The notes below the pieces were generated by a model. It was not told the DNA's origin and made no database searches. It saw only the letters and a program-made list of their open reading frames with translations. A DNA stretch of 63,800 bases, counting the filler. It is 14 parts of 14 records of this genome, joined end to end, with 100 filler letters (N's around TTAATTAATTAA, not from the genome) between each part and the next. Parts side by side here need not be neighbours in the genome. Positions count along the whole stretch, not along the records: positions 54,894 to 58,255 come from SRR9670534_977; positions 58,356 to 61,589 come from SRR9670534_981; positions 61,690 to 63,800 come from SRR9670534_1006; 11 more parts are not named here. The stretch is one strand, 5' to 3'. This document shows positions 54,995 to 63,800 of this stretch, piece by piece. The first letter of the stretch is position 1; the number at the start of each line of letters is the position of its first letter. The translations under genes and the position numbers were made by a program.

Positions 54995-55314
54995 GGAGTA
55001 CAAATTTAACGTTATCATTATTATTATCAATAATAATAAAGTACTCTACATTGGGGGTCCCAACCTTATAATGGAATGGAAATTTAATGCTAAGTAAGCA
55101 GTTTCTACCTCATAGTGTAGTACAAATTTAAGTTATTAAATAGTAGTACTATTTAACTTTAAATGTGAACTACAATGTAGTTACTACATTATCACTGATA
55201 TGGCAGGTGGAGAGTACTTACTTAGCATTATTAATTAATAATAAATTTCTATTCCATTACAAGGTGGGGACCCCCAAGGTAGAATACTTTAATAATAAAG
55301 TTAAATTGTACTCC
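54995..55314. mobile_element. MITE with long imperfect TIRs and TA flanks (Tc1/mariner-like target)
   Basis: TA|GGAGTACAAATTTAAC...GTTAAATTGTACTCC|TA. Internal mirrored blocks ttgggggtcccaacctt / aaggtggggacccccaa and aatgctaagtaag / cttacttagcatt. Confidence 0.75.
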
Positions 55315-56543
55315 TATTAGTAGTATATTCATAAAATTTTAATCTTGAATTCTGTAATTTTAAGTTATTAATAACTTATTAATTTGCAGTTCAGTGTACT
55401 TGTAAATACTTAGTTATTAATTAATAATAAGTAATTATTAATGCATGCGCATGCTCTATTAGTGCATAAGCTGCGGCTTATTCAAATCACATATGACTAT
55501 AGTCATATGTATTACATCAAAAATGGTGATTCACCATAAAAATAATAATATTGTATTCATATATATATGCTATAAGTAAATGCTATAGCATTAGTAAAGC
55601 AATTATTATTATTAATGTTTATAGTATACTTATATTGTTAGTGTATTATTAATTAATACTATGTGAATGCTATGCTTTGACTGTAACATTGTGGCAATTC
55701 CACCATCACATACCATTAGGGTAATACTATTACCATACATGACATACATTACATTTGCTATTGTCACAGGACCAAAATTTGGTAATTGTCACAAGTTCTT
55801 TAGATATTGCATGATTCTGTGATGTTGTGGCCATGAAGGCTAATTCTGTATTATACTTCCACAGCAATATAATTAGCATTTTTTATTCAATCTTTTCACA
55901 CAATCACAGTATTTATTATTCATTATTTTCACACAATCATAGAAATAAACAAAGATTTTGGCTTCCCTTAAACAAAATATTAATTGTTATATTTATAGTA
56001 TAAGAGCAAAAAATTGTAAAGTAAGCCTTCTGAGAAACATTGATTTTTTTTATTAATTAATAATAATGTATAGCTTCCCATCCTATTGCTGCAGCATGTT
56101 ATTAATAACATGATGTTATATTATTAATACATTACTCTATCTGATTAATTGACATTGACTCCAAAACAAATAGTTATTTGTTATGGTGATAAGCAGATGG
56201 TATTGCAGGGATTTGAAGCTGGTAGCTAAGAATATTGGATAATTAATAAGAGCATTTTGTATTGAAAGAAGATATTGATCTTTAGTCCATAAATGTAATG
56301 AAAACTGCTAAATGTTGTATTTCTTTTATGCTGTAGCAATATATAAAATTTACTACATTATAGCTATTATTATTATTATTGTTATCAATAATTGTAGCCT
56401 GTTACATTATATTGTTATTATTTTAATACAATTATTAATATAATTAAAATAGCACTGCTATTATAACAGGAATATAACTATTATATTATAACATACTGTA
56501 TTAGTAGTATACAGTGTGCTATATTACTATTATTTTATTAAAG

Positions 56544-57821
56544 ATGAAGATTACCAATTTTCTCTTGAAGTTTTCACTATTTACAATTTTAGTAGCAACA
56601 ACATTTATCTTTCTTTTTGCTATTATTAAAAATACAATTGTAAAAATAACAAATTTCAATGAATTAAAAAATCCAAAACTGTTTCTGATGGATTCTAACA
56701 AAAGCTTTGACATTTGGCCCAATCATAGAAACTTGACAATTTCCCCCTCCTTGATGGAAGGGTTTGGCAAAAAAAAGCATGTATTTTTCTTAAAAATTCA
56801 CAAAGCAGGAAGTACCACAGCCCAAAGAATATTTTTTAGATTTGCTGACAACAACAATCTGATCCAACAAATTAGCTCAAAAGATCCAGATCCAAATAAA
56901 CTCACAAAACTAAAATTAAAATTTCAAAGTAAATGGATATTAATTAATACATCTTTAGTCAAGCTAGATATGTATGCACATCATGTAATTTTCAATGAAC
57001 CAGAGCTTAGAAAAGTCTTACCAGATGATACCATATTTATTGCTCTTATAAGAAATCCAGTTACTCATCTTCAGAGTTGGTACCAAGTCAAGCATGGTTA
57101 TGCAGAACCAAAGAAAATTCAAAAGAATATAGAGAACAATTTAATAAAACATCAAGATGAATTAAAAAACAATATGATATTTGAATTTGGTACTTTACCA
57201 TTTGGTGTCAATCATACTATAGAAAGTGCTCTTGATTATCTGAACAAAACTTTTGATTTGGTGATGCTTTTGGAAAGATTTGATGATTCTCTAATTTTAC
57301 TTAAAAATATCCTCAATTGGGATTTGGATGATTTGTTATACATTCCTGTAAATATGTATCAAGTTCAGCCAAGAAAGGTTGATGCTAATTTTGAGCAGTT
57401 TGTAAGAAAATTTAACAAGAATGATATCATGCTTTATGAGTATTTTGAGAAAGAATTTGAGAGAAAGTTAGAATTCATCAAAGATAAAGAGACATTTTAC
57501 AAAGAAGTTAGAATGTTAAAAGATCTTAATCAATTTTGGAAAAATTACTGCTTAAAAGAAGTTAAAAGAAGTAGTTTTGACAATCAAAGAACAAGAGGTA
57601 TAGTACCAGTCCTAAAACTTTCTGTAAAAGATGAAGCTAAAACCAACCTAACATGCAACCAATTAACCAGATTTGATGTGGAATATTTTAATGATTATTT
57701 AAGACCAAAATCTATCTCTTTGTATTGTGATAAGGTAAAAGAAATGGGAGTAAATTGTGATAGAGATGCTTTCTTAAAAGCTGGAGATGAGAAATCAAAG
57801 CATAAAATTCTTGTTACATAA
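56544..57821 (+). CDS. Galactose-3-O-sulfotransferase family protein (type II Golgi membrane), single exon
   Basis: N-terminal TM; 5'-PSB FLKIHKAGSTT; 3'-PB ALIRNPVTHLQS; FDLVMLLERFDDSLILLKNILNW; NKNDIMLYEYF. Confidence 0.88.
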   Translation: MKITNFLLKFSLFTILVATTFIFLFAIIKNTIVKITNFNELKNPKLFLMDSNKSFDIWPNHRNLTISPSLMEGFGKKKHVFFLKIHKAGSTTAQRIFFRFADNNNLIQQISSKDPDPNKLTKLKLKFQSKWILINTSLVKLDMYAHHVIFNEPELRKVLPDDTIFIALIRNPVTHLQSWYQVKHGYAEPKKIQKNIENNLIKHQDELKNNMIFEFGTLPFGVNHTIESALDYLNKTFDLVMLLERFDDSLILLKNILNWDLDDLLYIPVNMYQVQPRKVDANFEQFVRKFNKNDIMLYEYFEKEFERKLEFIKDKETFYKEVRMLKDLNQFWKNYCLKEVKRSSFDNQRTRGIVPVLKLSVKDEAKTNLTCNQLTRFDVEYFNDYLRPKSISLYCDKVKEMGVNCDRDAFLKAGDEKSKHKILVT

Positions 57822-57914
57822 ATGAAACTGCTCTATAACTTGAAAAAAACATACTAACTAATGACAGTTTTTGAAATATACAAAAAAAGTCAAAGTTCAA
57901 AATTAGTTAAAAAT

Positions 57915-57994
57915 ATAATTCATATTTTCAAAATTTAAATATTAATTAATAATATATTGTTAATTAATATTTAAATTTTAAAAATATGAATTAT
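57915..57994. repeat. ~80-bp AT-rich near-perfect palindrome downstream of the sulfotransferase
   Basis: tataattcatatttt-caaaatttaaatattaatta...taattaatatttaaatttt-aaaaatatgaattata. Confidence 0.75.
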
Positions 57995-58355
57995 ATCAAT
58001 GTTATTGTTATATTTGTGGTATTTTTATGCTATTTTGATTTCAAATAAGACTTTGGTAATTTTAAAAATATCATGGCTAATTAGACTTCAATATAAGATA
58101 GTTATAATAAAGACTGATATAATACATAATTAAATTTCTTAATTATTAATTTATATTATTAAAATTTTAAATTTTATATATATATACTGATTTATTTTTT
58201 TGTCAATAATGTATATATATATAGGCAATTCTATGCATTGCATACATACAAGTTANNNNNNNNNNNNNNNNNNNNNNNNNNNNNNNNNNNNNNNNNNNNT
58301 TAATTAATTAANNNNNNNNNNNNNNNNNNNNNNNNNNNNNNNNNNNNNNNNNNNN

Positions 58356-58460
58356 CATATAAGTGTACTATGTACTATATGCTACTAATAAATGTACTAT
58401 GTACTACATATAATGTACTACAATGTACTATGTATTACATATAAGTGTACTATGTACATG
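58356..58460. repeat. Short degenerate tandem repeat (TGTACTA-based)
   Basis: Repeated ataagtgtactatgtacta / aatgtactatgtacta units. Confidence 0.7.
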
Positions 58461-58513
58461 TTTTATTATTAATAATATTAATATTACTTTAATAAGTTAT
58501 TATTAATTACTTA

Positions 58514-58813
58514 GGGTGGGTTCACACCTGCTTCTTTTTTTTGGGCGTCAACTTCATGCATTAGCGGCAGGTATCAAACCTGCAGAACTTCAGCGTCAGC
58601 GTCAAACTGGGCATCAACTTCACGAGAATTTTTCAAAAAAAAAGCTGACGCTAATGCTGACACTGATGCTGACGCAGAACTTCAGCATCAGTGTCAAACT
58701 GGGTGTCAACTTCATGAGAATTTCTCAAAAAAAGCTGACGCTGACGCTGACACTAATGCTGATGCTGATGCATGAAGTTGACACCCAAAAAAGAAGCAGG
58801 TGTGAACCTACCC
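58514..58813. mobile_element. 300-bp MITE, PIF/Harbinger-like
   Basis: TIRs GGGTGGGTTCACACCTGCTTCTTTTTT / AAAAAAGAAGCAGGTGTGAACCTACCC; flanks TTA and TTG (near-TSD); internal duplicated block with TGACGC-type hexamers. Confidence 0.8.
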
Positions 58814-58883
58814 TTGTACAAACAATGATAAGACATTTTCTAATTAATAAGTTACTTGTAGAATTAGTTAATATAAAACATAT

Positions 58884-59174
58884 GTGGATTCTGTAATTTT
58901 TAGAGAATTTGTTAGAATTAGATCTAAGGATCTGACTGATGAGCTGGATAGGGATGGTGATCAAAAAGCTGACAAATGGATGATGGAAAGCAATTGGATG
59001 GTGGAAGATGGGGATGAGTCAACTAAAGAAATGAGGATTGACATTAGAAAATGGTTTTTGAGAAAGAAAAAGTACCATCCGACTAGAGCAGGTGTGAGCT
59101 TAACCATGGATCAGGCAGATAATCTTAGAAGATTTATTGAAAAATCTATTGTAAAGACTAAGAAAAAGTCTTAG
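58884..59174 (+). CDS. PC4/Sub1-like ssDNA-binding domain protein, start unclear
   Basis: MRIDIRKWF....HPTRAGVSLTMDQADNL matches the PC4 pattern IDIR.....P..KG.SL..EQ...L. Confidence 0.6.
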   Translation: MDSVIFREFVRIRSKDLTDELDRDGDQKADKWMMESNWMVEDGDESTKEMRIDIRKWFLRKKKYHPTRAGVSLTMDQADNLRRFIEKSIVKTKKKS

Positions 59175-59200
59175 TTTATAATATTATTGTTATTGTGTTC

Positions 59201-59490
59201 TATTTATACTATTATATAATTAGATATATTATTAAAAATAGTTTATATCTTATGATTATTAAAGCTTAATATCTTAATAAAAAATGTTAGCATTATTTAT
59301 TCTTTATTAGCCATTATTATGCTTTTTGTGAAGTGATGTTATATTTATACTATTATATAATTAGACATATTATTAATAATAGTTTATAACTTGTGATTAT
59401 TAAAACATTACTAATTATTTATTAACTTAATATCTTAATAATAACATGTTAACATTATTTATTCTTTATTAGTTATTGTCATGCTTTTTT
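59201..59490. repeat. Imperfect direct duplication (~125-150 bp, 2 copies)
   Basis: atttatactattatataattaga...cttaatatcttaataa...attatttattctttattag...atgcttttt at ~59201 and ~59342. Confidence 0.8.
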
Positions 59491-59839
59491 GATTATTATT
59501 AGTATTATTAATAATTATAACTGTGGCTAGTATACTATATATTATTAATGGTTATCAGTGTTATTTTTTTATTATAATTAGTATTACTATTAAGTATGAT
59601 TGTTATTATTAAATAAAGATCTGTGATGTAATGTAATAAGTAAAAAAATGGGTTTTTGTTAAAGGTTATGTTATGAAAACAAAATACTTATTCATACATA
59701 GAATAATTATTAATAATAGGATTGTTATCATAGCAAATAAATTGATTATAGGGTTGTTGTTATAGTAAACAAATGATTATTATTAACTAAACTGTTCATA
59801 TAATCTCATTTAGTGCTAATTAGCCTCAATACGGTCACA

Positions 59840-60709
59840 ATGTATTCAAATGAACCTGACATACTGCTACCAATAGAACCAGTACAATCACTACAAATAC
59901 CACCCTTGTCGCCAGAAACATGGTCTTCATCGCATCCATTTCTAGACAATCCATGGCTAACATCCACACCATTGTCAGACAGTAGTATAAATCATGCGGA
60001 GATAGAGCAGCAGCCTACTGTTATGCCAACTGAAAATAGTTCACCATTTGATGAACCATTGCAATCACCACTTATTATACCAGCACCTGAGCAAGCAATG
60101 TCACCAGAATTGCCATCCTGGATGTTAGGTACGTCAGAATTTTTGCAATTACCAACACAGATGTCAACTACAGAGCAACCTTCAGTTTGTGCATCAGCTA
60201 TAGAGCAACCACCGATTTGCGCATCGAGTATGGCAACCACAACAATCCATGCATCAACTGTGGACCAACCACCAATTTATACATCGACAATGGAACAACC
60301 ATTGCCACTACTAACTCATGCACCGACTGTTGAGCAACAGCCACAACTGCCAACTCATACGTCAACAATAGAGCAGCCATCGAATTATGCTGCAACTACT
60401 GAGCAGTTACCGGCAACAGCAGAACAATCACATACTTTTACTTTTACACCATCTCTAAGTGAATCAACAAATGATGGAACTTCAGAAGCAGTGCAGAATC
60501 ACACTGTATATTCAATACCATCAGAATCTGATTTATCATCTTTTTTATCAATTAATGTACCTATACAGGTACCAGCTTTCATATGTCCACTAAATTCAAA
60601 CACACCAATGCTAAATCAATACATTGAAATACCAACGTTTGTACTTCCATTAAAATTACATGTGCAACTAATGGAGACTACATTGGTGTTTCAACCATCT
60701 AATCAGTAG
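59840..60709 (+). CDS. Intronless Pro/Ser/Thr-rich low-complexity protein with internal STxEQP repeats
   Basis: GC-richer 290-codon ORF with repeats STTEQPS, SAIEQPP, STVDQPP, STMEQPL, PTVEQQP and STIEQPS. Confidence 0.5.
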   Translation: MYSNEPDILLPIEPVQSLQIPPLSPETWSSSHPFLDNPWLTSTPLSDSSINHAEIEQQPTVMPTENSSPFDEPLQSPLIIPAPEQAMSPELPSWMLGTSEFLQLPTQMSTTEQPSVCASAIEQPPICASSMATTTIHASTVDQPPIYTSTMEQPLPLLTHAPTVEQQPQLPTHTSTIEQPSNYAATTEQLPATAEQSHTFTFTPSLSESTNDGTSEAVQNHTVYSIPSESDLSSFLSINVPIQVPAFICPLNSNTPMLNQYIEIPTFVLPLKLHVQLMETTLVFQPSNQ

Positions 60710-61039
60710 AATACTCTATACACGAATATTATAATAATAAATTGTGGACTTTTACTTATCATAGCGTGATTTGTTATACTATTACAATTTTTTACTTGTT
60801 ATGTTTTTGCAGTGTCAAATTTATGGAACAAATGCATAAATTTTTCTCTATATAAGCATTATAGTAATAAATAATTATGCTCTTTTTGTTTGGTAACATC
60901 ATTTAGTCTTTTTGTATACTTTAATCTACAATATTTATGCCTGCTTTTAGACTTTTTAAACTATAAAAGTAAATTTATTATCAATTATATCTCATTTTAG
61001 TACTACAAACAACACATTTATTAAATTTTTGAGAGAAAA

Positions 61040-61589
61040 ATGTCCAACAGATTGCTAGATTTAATTGAACCAATGGACCTATCATTTGACGATCAACAGA
61101 TGGAGCAGCTAGTAAATGAAGTCTCTTAGCCATCAATGCCATCTACATCACTAAATTTCAATTATTTCTGGAACTCTGCAATATGTGAAACCAATTTGAC
61201 TGTTGATGTAACATCACCACCTTTACATTCAACTGTTGATGTAGCAACATCACCAATTCCACAATTAATAGATCTTGATGATACACCCCCTGCAACGAAC
61301 AATACAAAGCAGATTCCAGAATACCCATCAAACTTATACCCATGTAGAAATAATTTAAAAAAGTCTTGGCCATTTTATGCATCATTAAATGCAGTTAAAA
61401 GGCAGCTTAAAAATGATGAGGAGCAATATAAGGTTTGGTTACATGTGCATAAGTATAGTGACTATGTGGGGGCATTACGTATAGCTTTCCCAAATGAAAA
61501 CTTTCACTATACCAAACTGCCTCATTTTGGGGGTTTCAAGATGAATGTCATAATTAGACAACAACAATTCACAAGTGATTTATTTGGAC
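61040..61589 (+). pseudogene. Unknown ORF with one in-frame TAG, 3'-truncated by contig end
   Basis: MSNRLLDLIEPMDLSFDDQQMEQLVNEVS*PSMPSTS... continues in frame into ORF 61136; duplicated TVDV(T/A)(T)SP motif. Confidence 0.35.
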
Positions 61590-61944
61590 NNNNNNNNNNN
61601 NNNNNNNNNNNNNNNNNNNNNNNNNNNNNNNNNTTAATTAATTAANNNNNNNNNNNNNNNNNNNNNNNNNNNNNNNNNNNNNNNNNNNNTGTACAGATGG
61701 TTGACAGACTTTTTCAATTCAAGTTCAGATCTGAATCAAATCTGATTCAGAAATTTTAAATTCTAAACCAGATTTGAGTGCTACATTTGAGATTTGATCC
61801 AGCCTGGATTGGTGTCTGAGTCAGATCTGATTCAGATTTGATTCTATATTGACTCTGAAACAAGAGGGCACTCGATTTGAGTGACTCAAGTCCGAATCCA
61901 AGGCCAAGGCCAAGGTACAGTAAGCTTTTGAAAAGTATTACATA

Positions 61945-63633
61945 TTATATAATACCTATATAATAGTGCCTTAACTTACTAGCAACAGTATCAACACCAG
62001 AAGTTGGTTCATCCAGAAGAATAACTTTAGCATCTCCAAGAAAGCATGTAACAACTGAAAGTTTTCTCTTCATACCACCAGATAAGACCTTTGCTCTAGT
62101 TGTCTTTGAATCAAAGAGTTTCACCTTCTGTAGCAGTTGGTTCTTTTGTAAGTCAATCTCATTTTCTGTCAGTCCTCTCAACCTACCATAAAACCACAGA
62201 TGTTCTTCAACACTGAGATCATCAAACAAAATGTTATACTGAGGACACATTGCAAAGGATCTTCTGATTCTTTCAAAGTTCTTGGTAACATCATACCCCA
62301 AAACACTAACTTCTCCATCACTGGGGCTAACTAGACTTGAAACAATAGACAGCAATGTTGATTTACCTGCACCATTATGCCCCAAGAGGCAAGTGATCTC
62401 ACCTTCATAGACATCTATGGAAACGCCTCTCAGAGCAACATTAGTCCTTTTTCTACGACCAGCATATACTTTGGTTAGATTCTTCATCTTAATGGATGGT
62501 TCTTTATATACAGAAGGGTGTTCATAAGGAATATCCAAATCACCAGTGAGATTTTCAACAGTATAAACAAATCTTTGCTCTCTTCTGGTTAACCAATAGG
62601 CAGGATCCAGAGGAAAATAAAAAGATCTACCAACACCATACTTCCCAGGTTTGATGTTTCCAACATACCAAGTTAATACCAAGTATAGAAAAATGTCTAG
62701 AATCAGTGTTAGAAAAACAGCTCCAAAAGAGAGAGTATTTTCAGGTGTGAATCCTGTAAAACCATTTGTCCAGGAAAGACCATACACCCATAGGTCATGA
62801 ACGTAAATGAAGTATCCACCAAAAAAGAACGCAAATTGTGGAATAAACAGTAAGGGGTATGCCAACTTAAGGGTTGTAATCGTTATCAAGAGTTTTTGAG
62901 CTATCGCAAAACCTGGTAATATTATATTTAACAAAATGTGAGCTATACAACTCGTTATAGCAGCATTGGTACTGGAATTCAAGCAAGCAGCAATAAAAAA
63001 TGTAAAAGTGATAGAACCAAATTGATAAGCCAATATAAATAAAAATATGCAAAAATGGTTGGAAAGAGGGAAAATACCATAATATCCAGCAATTGGGCCC
63101 ATTGCAAGAACCCAAACAAAAGCATGGACAACCAAAACAACGCTATATTGTAAAAATGTGACCAAATAAAGCGATCTGGATGAAACTCCATAGATCCTCA
63201 TAACTTCTTTTAAACCACTTTCCTTTACCATGTTAATATCTTTTGCCATGATTGCGCAAATAAAACAATTTGTAATTCCAATAAAAATAAGAAAACCGCT
63301 CCAGTAGCCCAAAAAATGCCCACTATCAAGTTCCTCATAGATGCCATAACAAGGCCAGGGTATCTGAGAATATTGAAAAAAATAGTCACTTGTAAGTTCA
63401 TCTATACCAGATTTATTCAAGGACAGTACAGTAATTGCTAAATCAACAAAAAGTTGAATATTTACAAGATCATGCAAATCTGTTTCATCAACTCTATCTG
63501 GCACTTCAAAGTCATGAAAATCAATTATATTTTCAAAAGGGTAACCAAAATATGAAATTTGATATTCAGATTTCTTCAAATTATTTGACAATGCACTCAG
63601 ATCAAGCATTACAAAACTCTGAAAAATAACCAA
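61945..63633 (-). CDS. ABCA-subfamily transporter, internal large exon (TMD1 + NBD1)
   Basis: KESGLKEVMRIYG, PGKYGVGRSFYFP, Walker A GHNGAGKST, CPQYNILFDDLSVEEHL, signature LSGGMKRKL, DEPTSGVD. Confidence 0.93.
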   Translation of the reverse strand: MVIFQSFVMLDLSALSNNLKKSEYQISYFGYPFENIIDFHDFEVPDRVDETDLHDLVNIQLFVDLAITVLSLNKSGIDELTSDYFFQYSQIPWPCYGIYEELDSGHFLGYWSGFLIFIGITNCFICAIMAKDINMVKESGLKEVMRIYGVSSRSLYLVTFLQYSVVLVVHAFVWVLAMGPIAGYYGIFPLSNHFCIFLFILAYQFGSITFTFFIAACLNSSTNAAITSCIAHILLNIILPGFAIAQKLLITITTLKLAYPLLFIPQFAFFFGGYFIYVHDLWVYGLSWTNGFTGFTPENTLSFGAVFLTLILDIFLYLVLTWYVGNIKPGKYGVGRSFYFPLDPAYWLTRREQRFVYTVENLTGDLDIPYEHPSVYKEPSIKMKNLTKVYAGRRKRTNVALRGVSIDVYEGEITCLLGHNGAGKSTLLSIVSSLVSPSDGEVSVLGYDVTKNFERIRRSFAMCPQYNILFDDLSVEEHLWFYGRLRGLTENEIDLQKNQLLQKVKLFDSKTTRAKVLSGGMKRKLSVVTCFLGDAKVILLDEPTSGVDTVASKLRHYYIGII

Positions 63634-63800
63634 TAATTTTATGTTATGGATATTACTATCATAGTATATACTATATTACAATGTATTATCATGATGGATA
63701 GTATCCATTGGATACTATGTATATAGTATATGTAATACTTTTTGTATATACTATATAGTATATGTAATACATATTATGTATTCAATACTATAGTATATGG

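Noticed and set aside
58356-58460. Short repeats as a CRISPR-like array
   Set aside because: Eukaryotic DNA, no unique spacers, simple degenerate tandem repeat.
58516-58896. 126-aa ORF with LTLMLTL repeats
   Set aside because: Translation of the MITE hexamer arrays, not a gene.
2585-61689. Regularly recurring TTAATTAATTAA inside N runs, and gene neighbourhoods across these runs
   Set aside because: Artificial six-frame-stop linkers from contig concatenation, not biological repeats. Cross-contig synteny (for example ENaC next to RecQ) is meaningless.
61715-61900. Degenerate TCAGATCTGA / GATTTGAG repeats in the ABCA intron
   Set aside because: Probably a fragment of a common repeat; no termini or regular period could be defined.

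Overview
This window is not continuous genome. It is 14 short contigs of a very AT-rich animal (metazoan) genome, joined by artificial 100-nt spacers (44 N + TTAATTAATTAA + 44 N), so adjacency across spacers means nothing. Genes have short GT-AG introns, often about 55-120 nt. Ordinary host genes or fragments are STT3B, MTR4/MTREX, a NIDO-domain protein, a delphilin (GRID2IP)-like PDZ-formin, an RNF144-like RBR E3 ligase, a SAYSvFN protein, a GAL3ST-like sulfotransferase, an ABCA transporter, a TRIM37-like RBCC protein and a SOCS-box protein. Mobile DNA includes a decayed CR1-group LINE, a decayed DNA-transposon transposase and several MITE/foldback elements. Two regions stand out. (1) Contig 37360-47660 carries three co-oriented, intron-containing tyrosine-recombinase genes directly upstream of a BLM-type RecQ helicase. 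One recombinase had a full catalytic set; two are catalytically dead paralogs with shared introns. The lesions in YR1 and RecQ are largely CpG-type transitions, suggesting a large Crypton-like element with a recombinase trio and helicase cargo. (2) Contig 30385-37259 encodes a DEG/ENaC/ASIC channel with four CUB domains spliced into the finger region and a ~500-aa insertion in the knuckle. All gene models were built by hand and no database searches were run.
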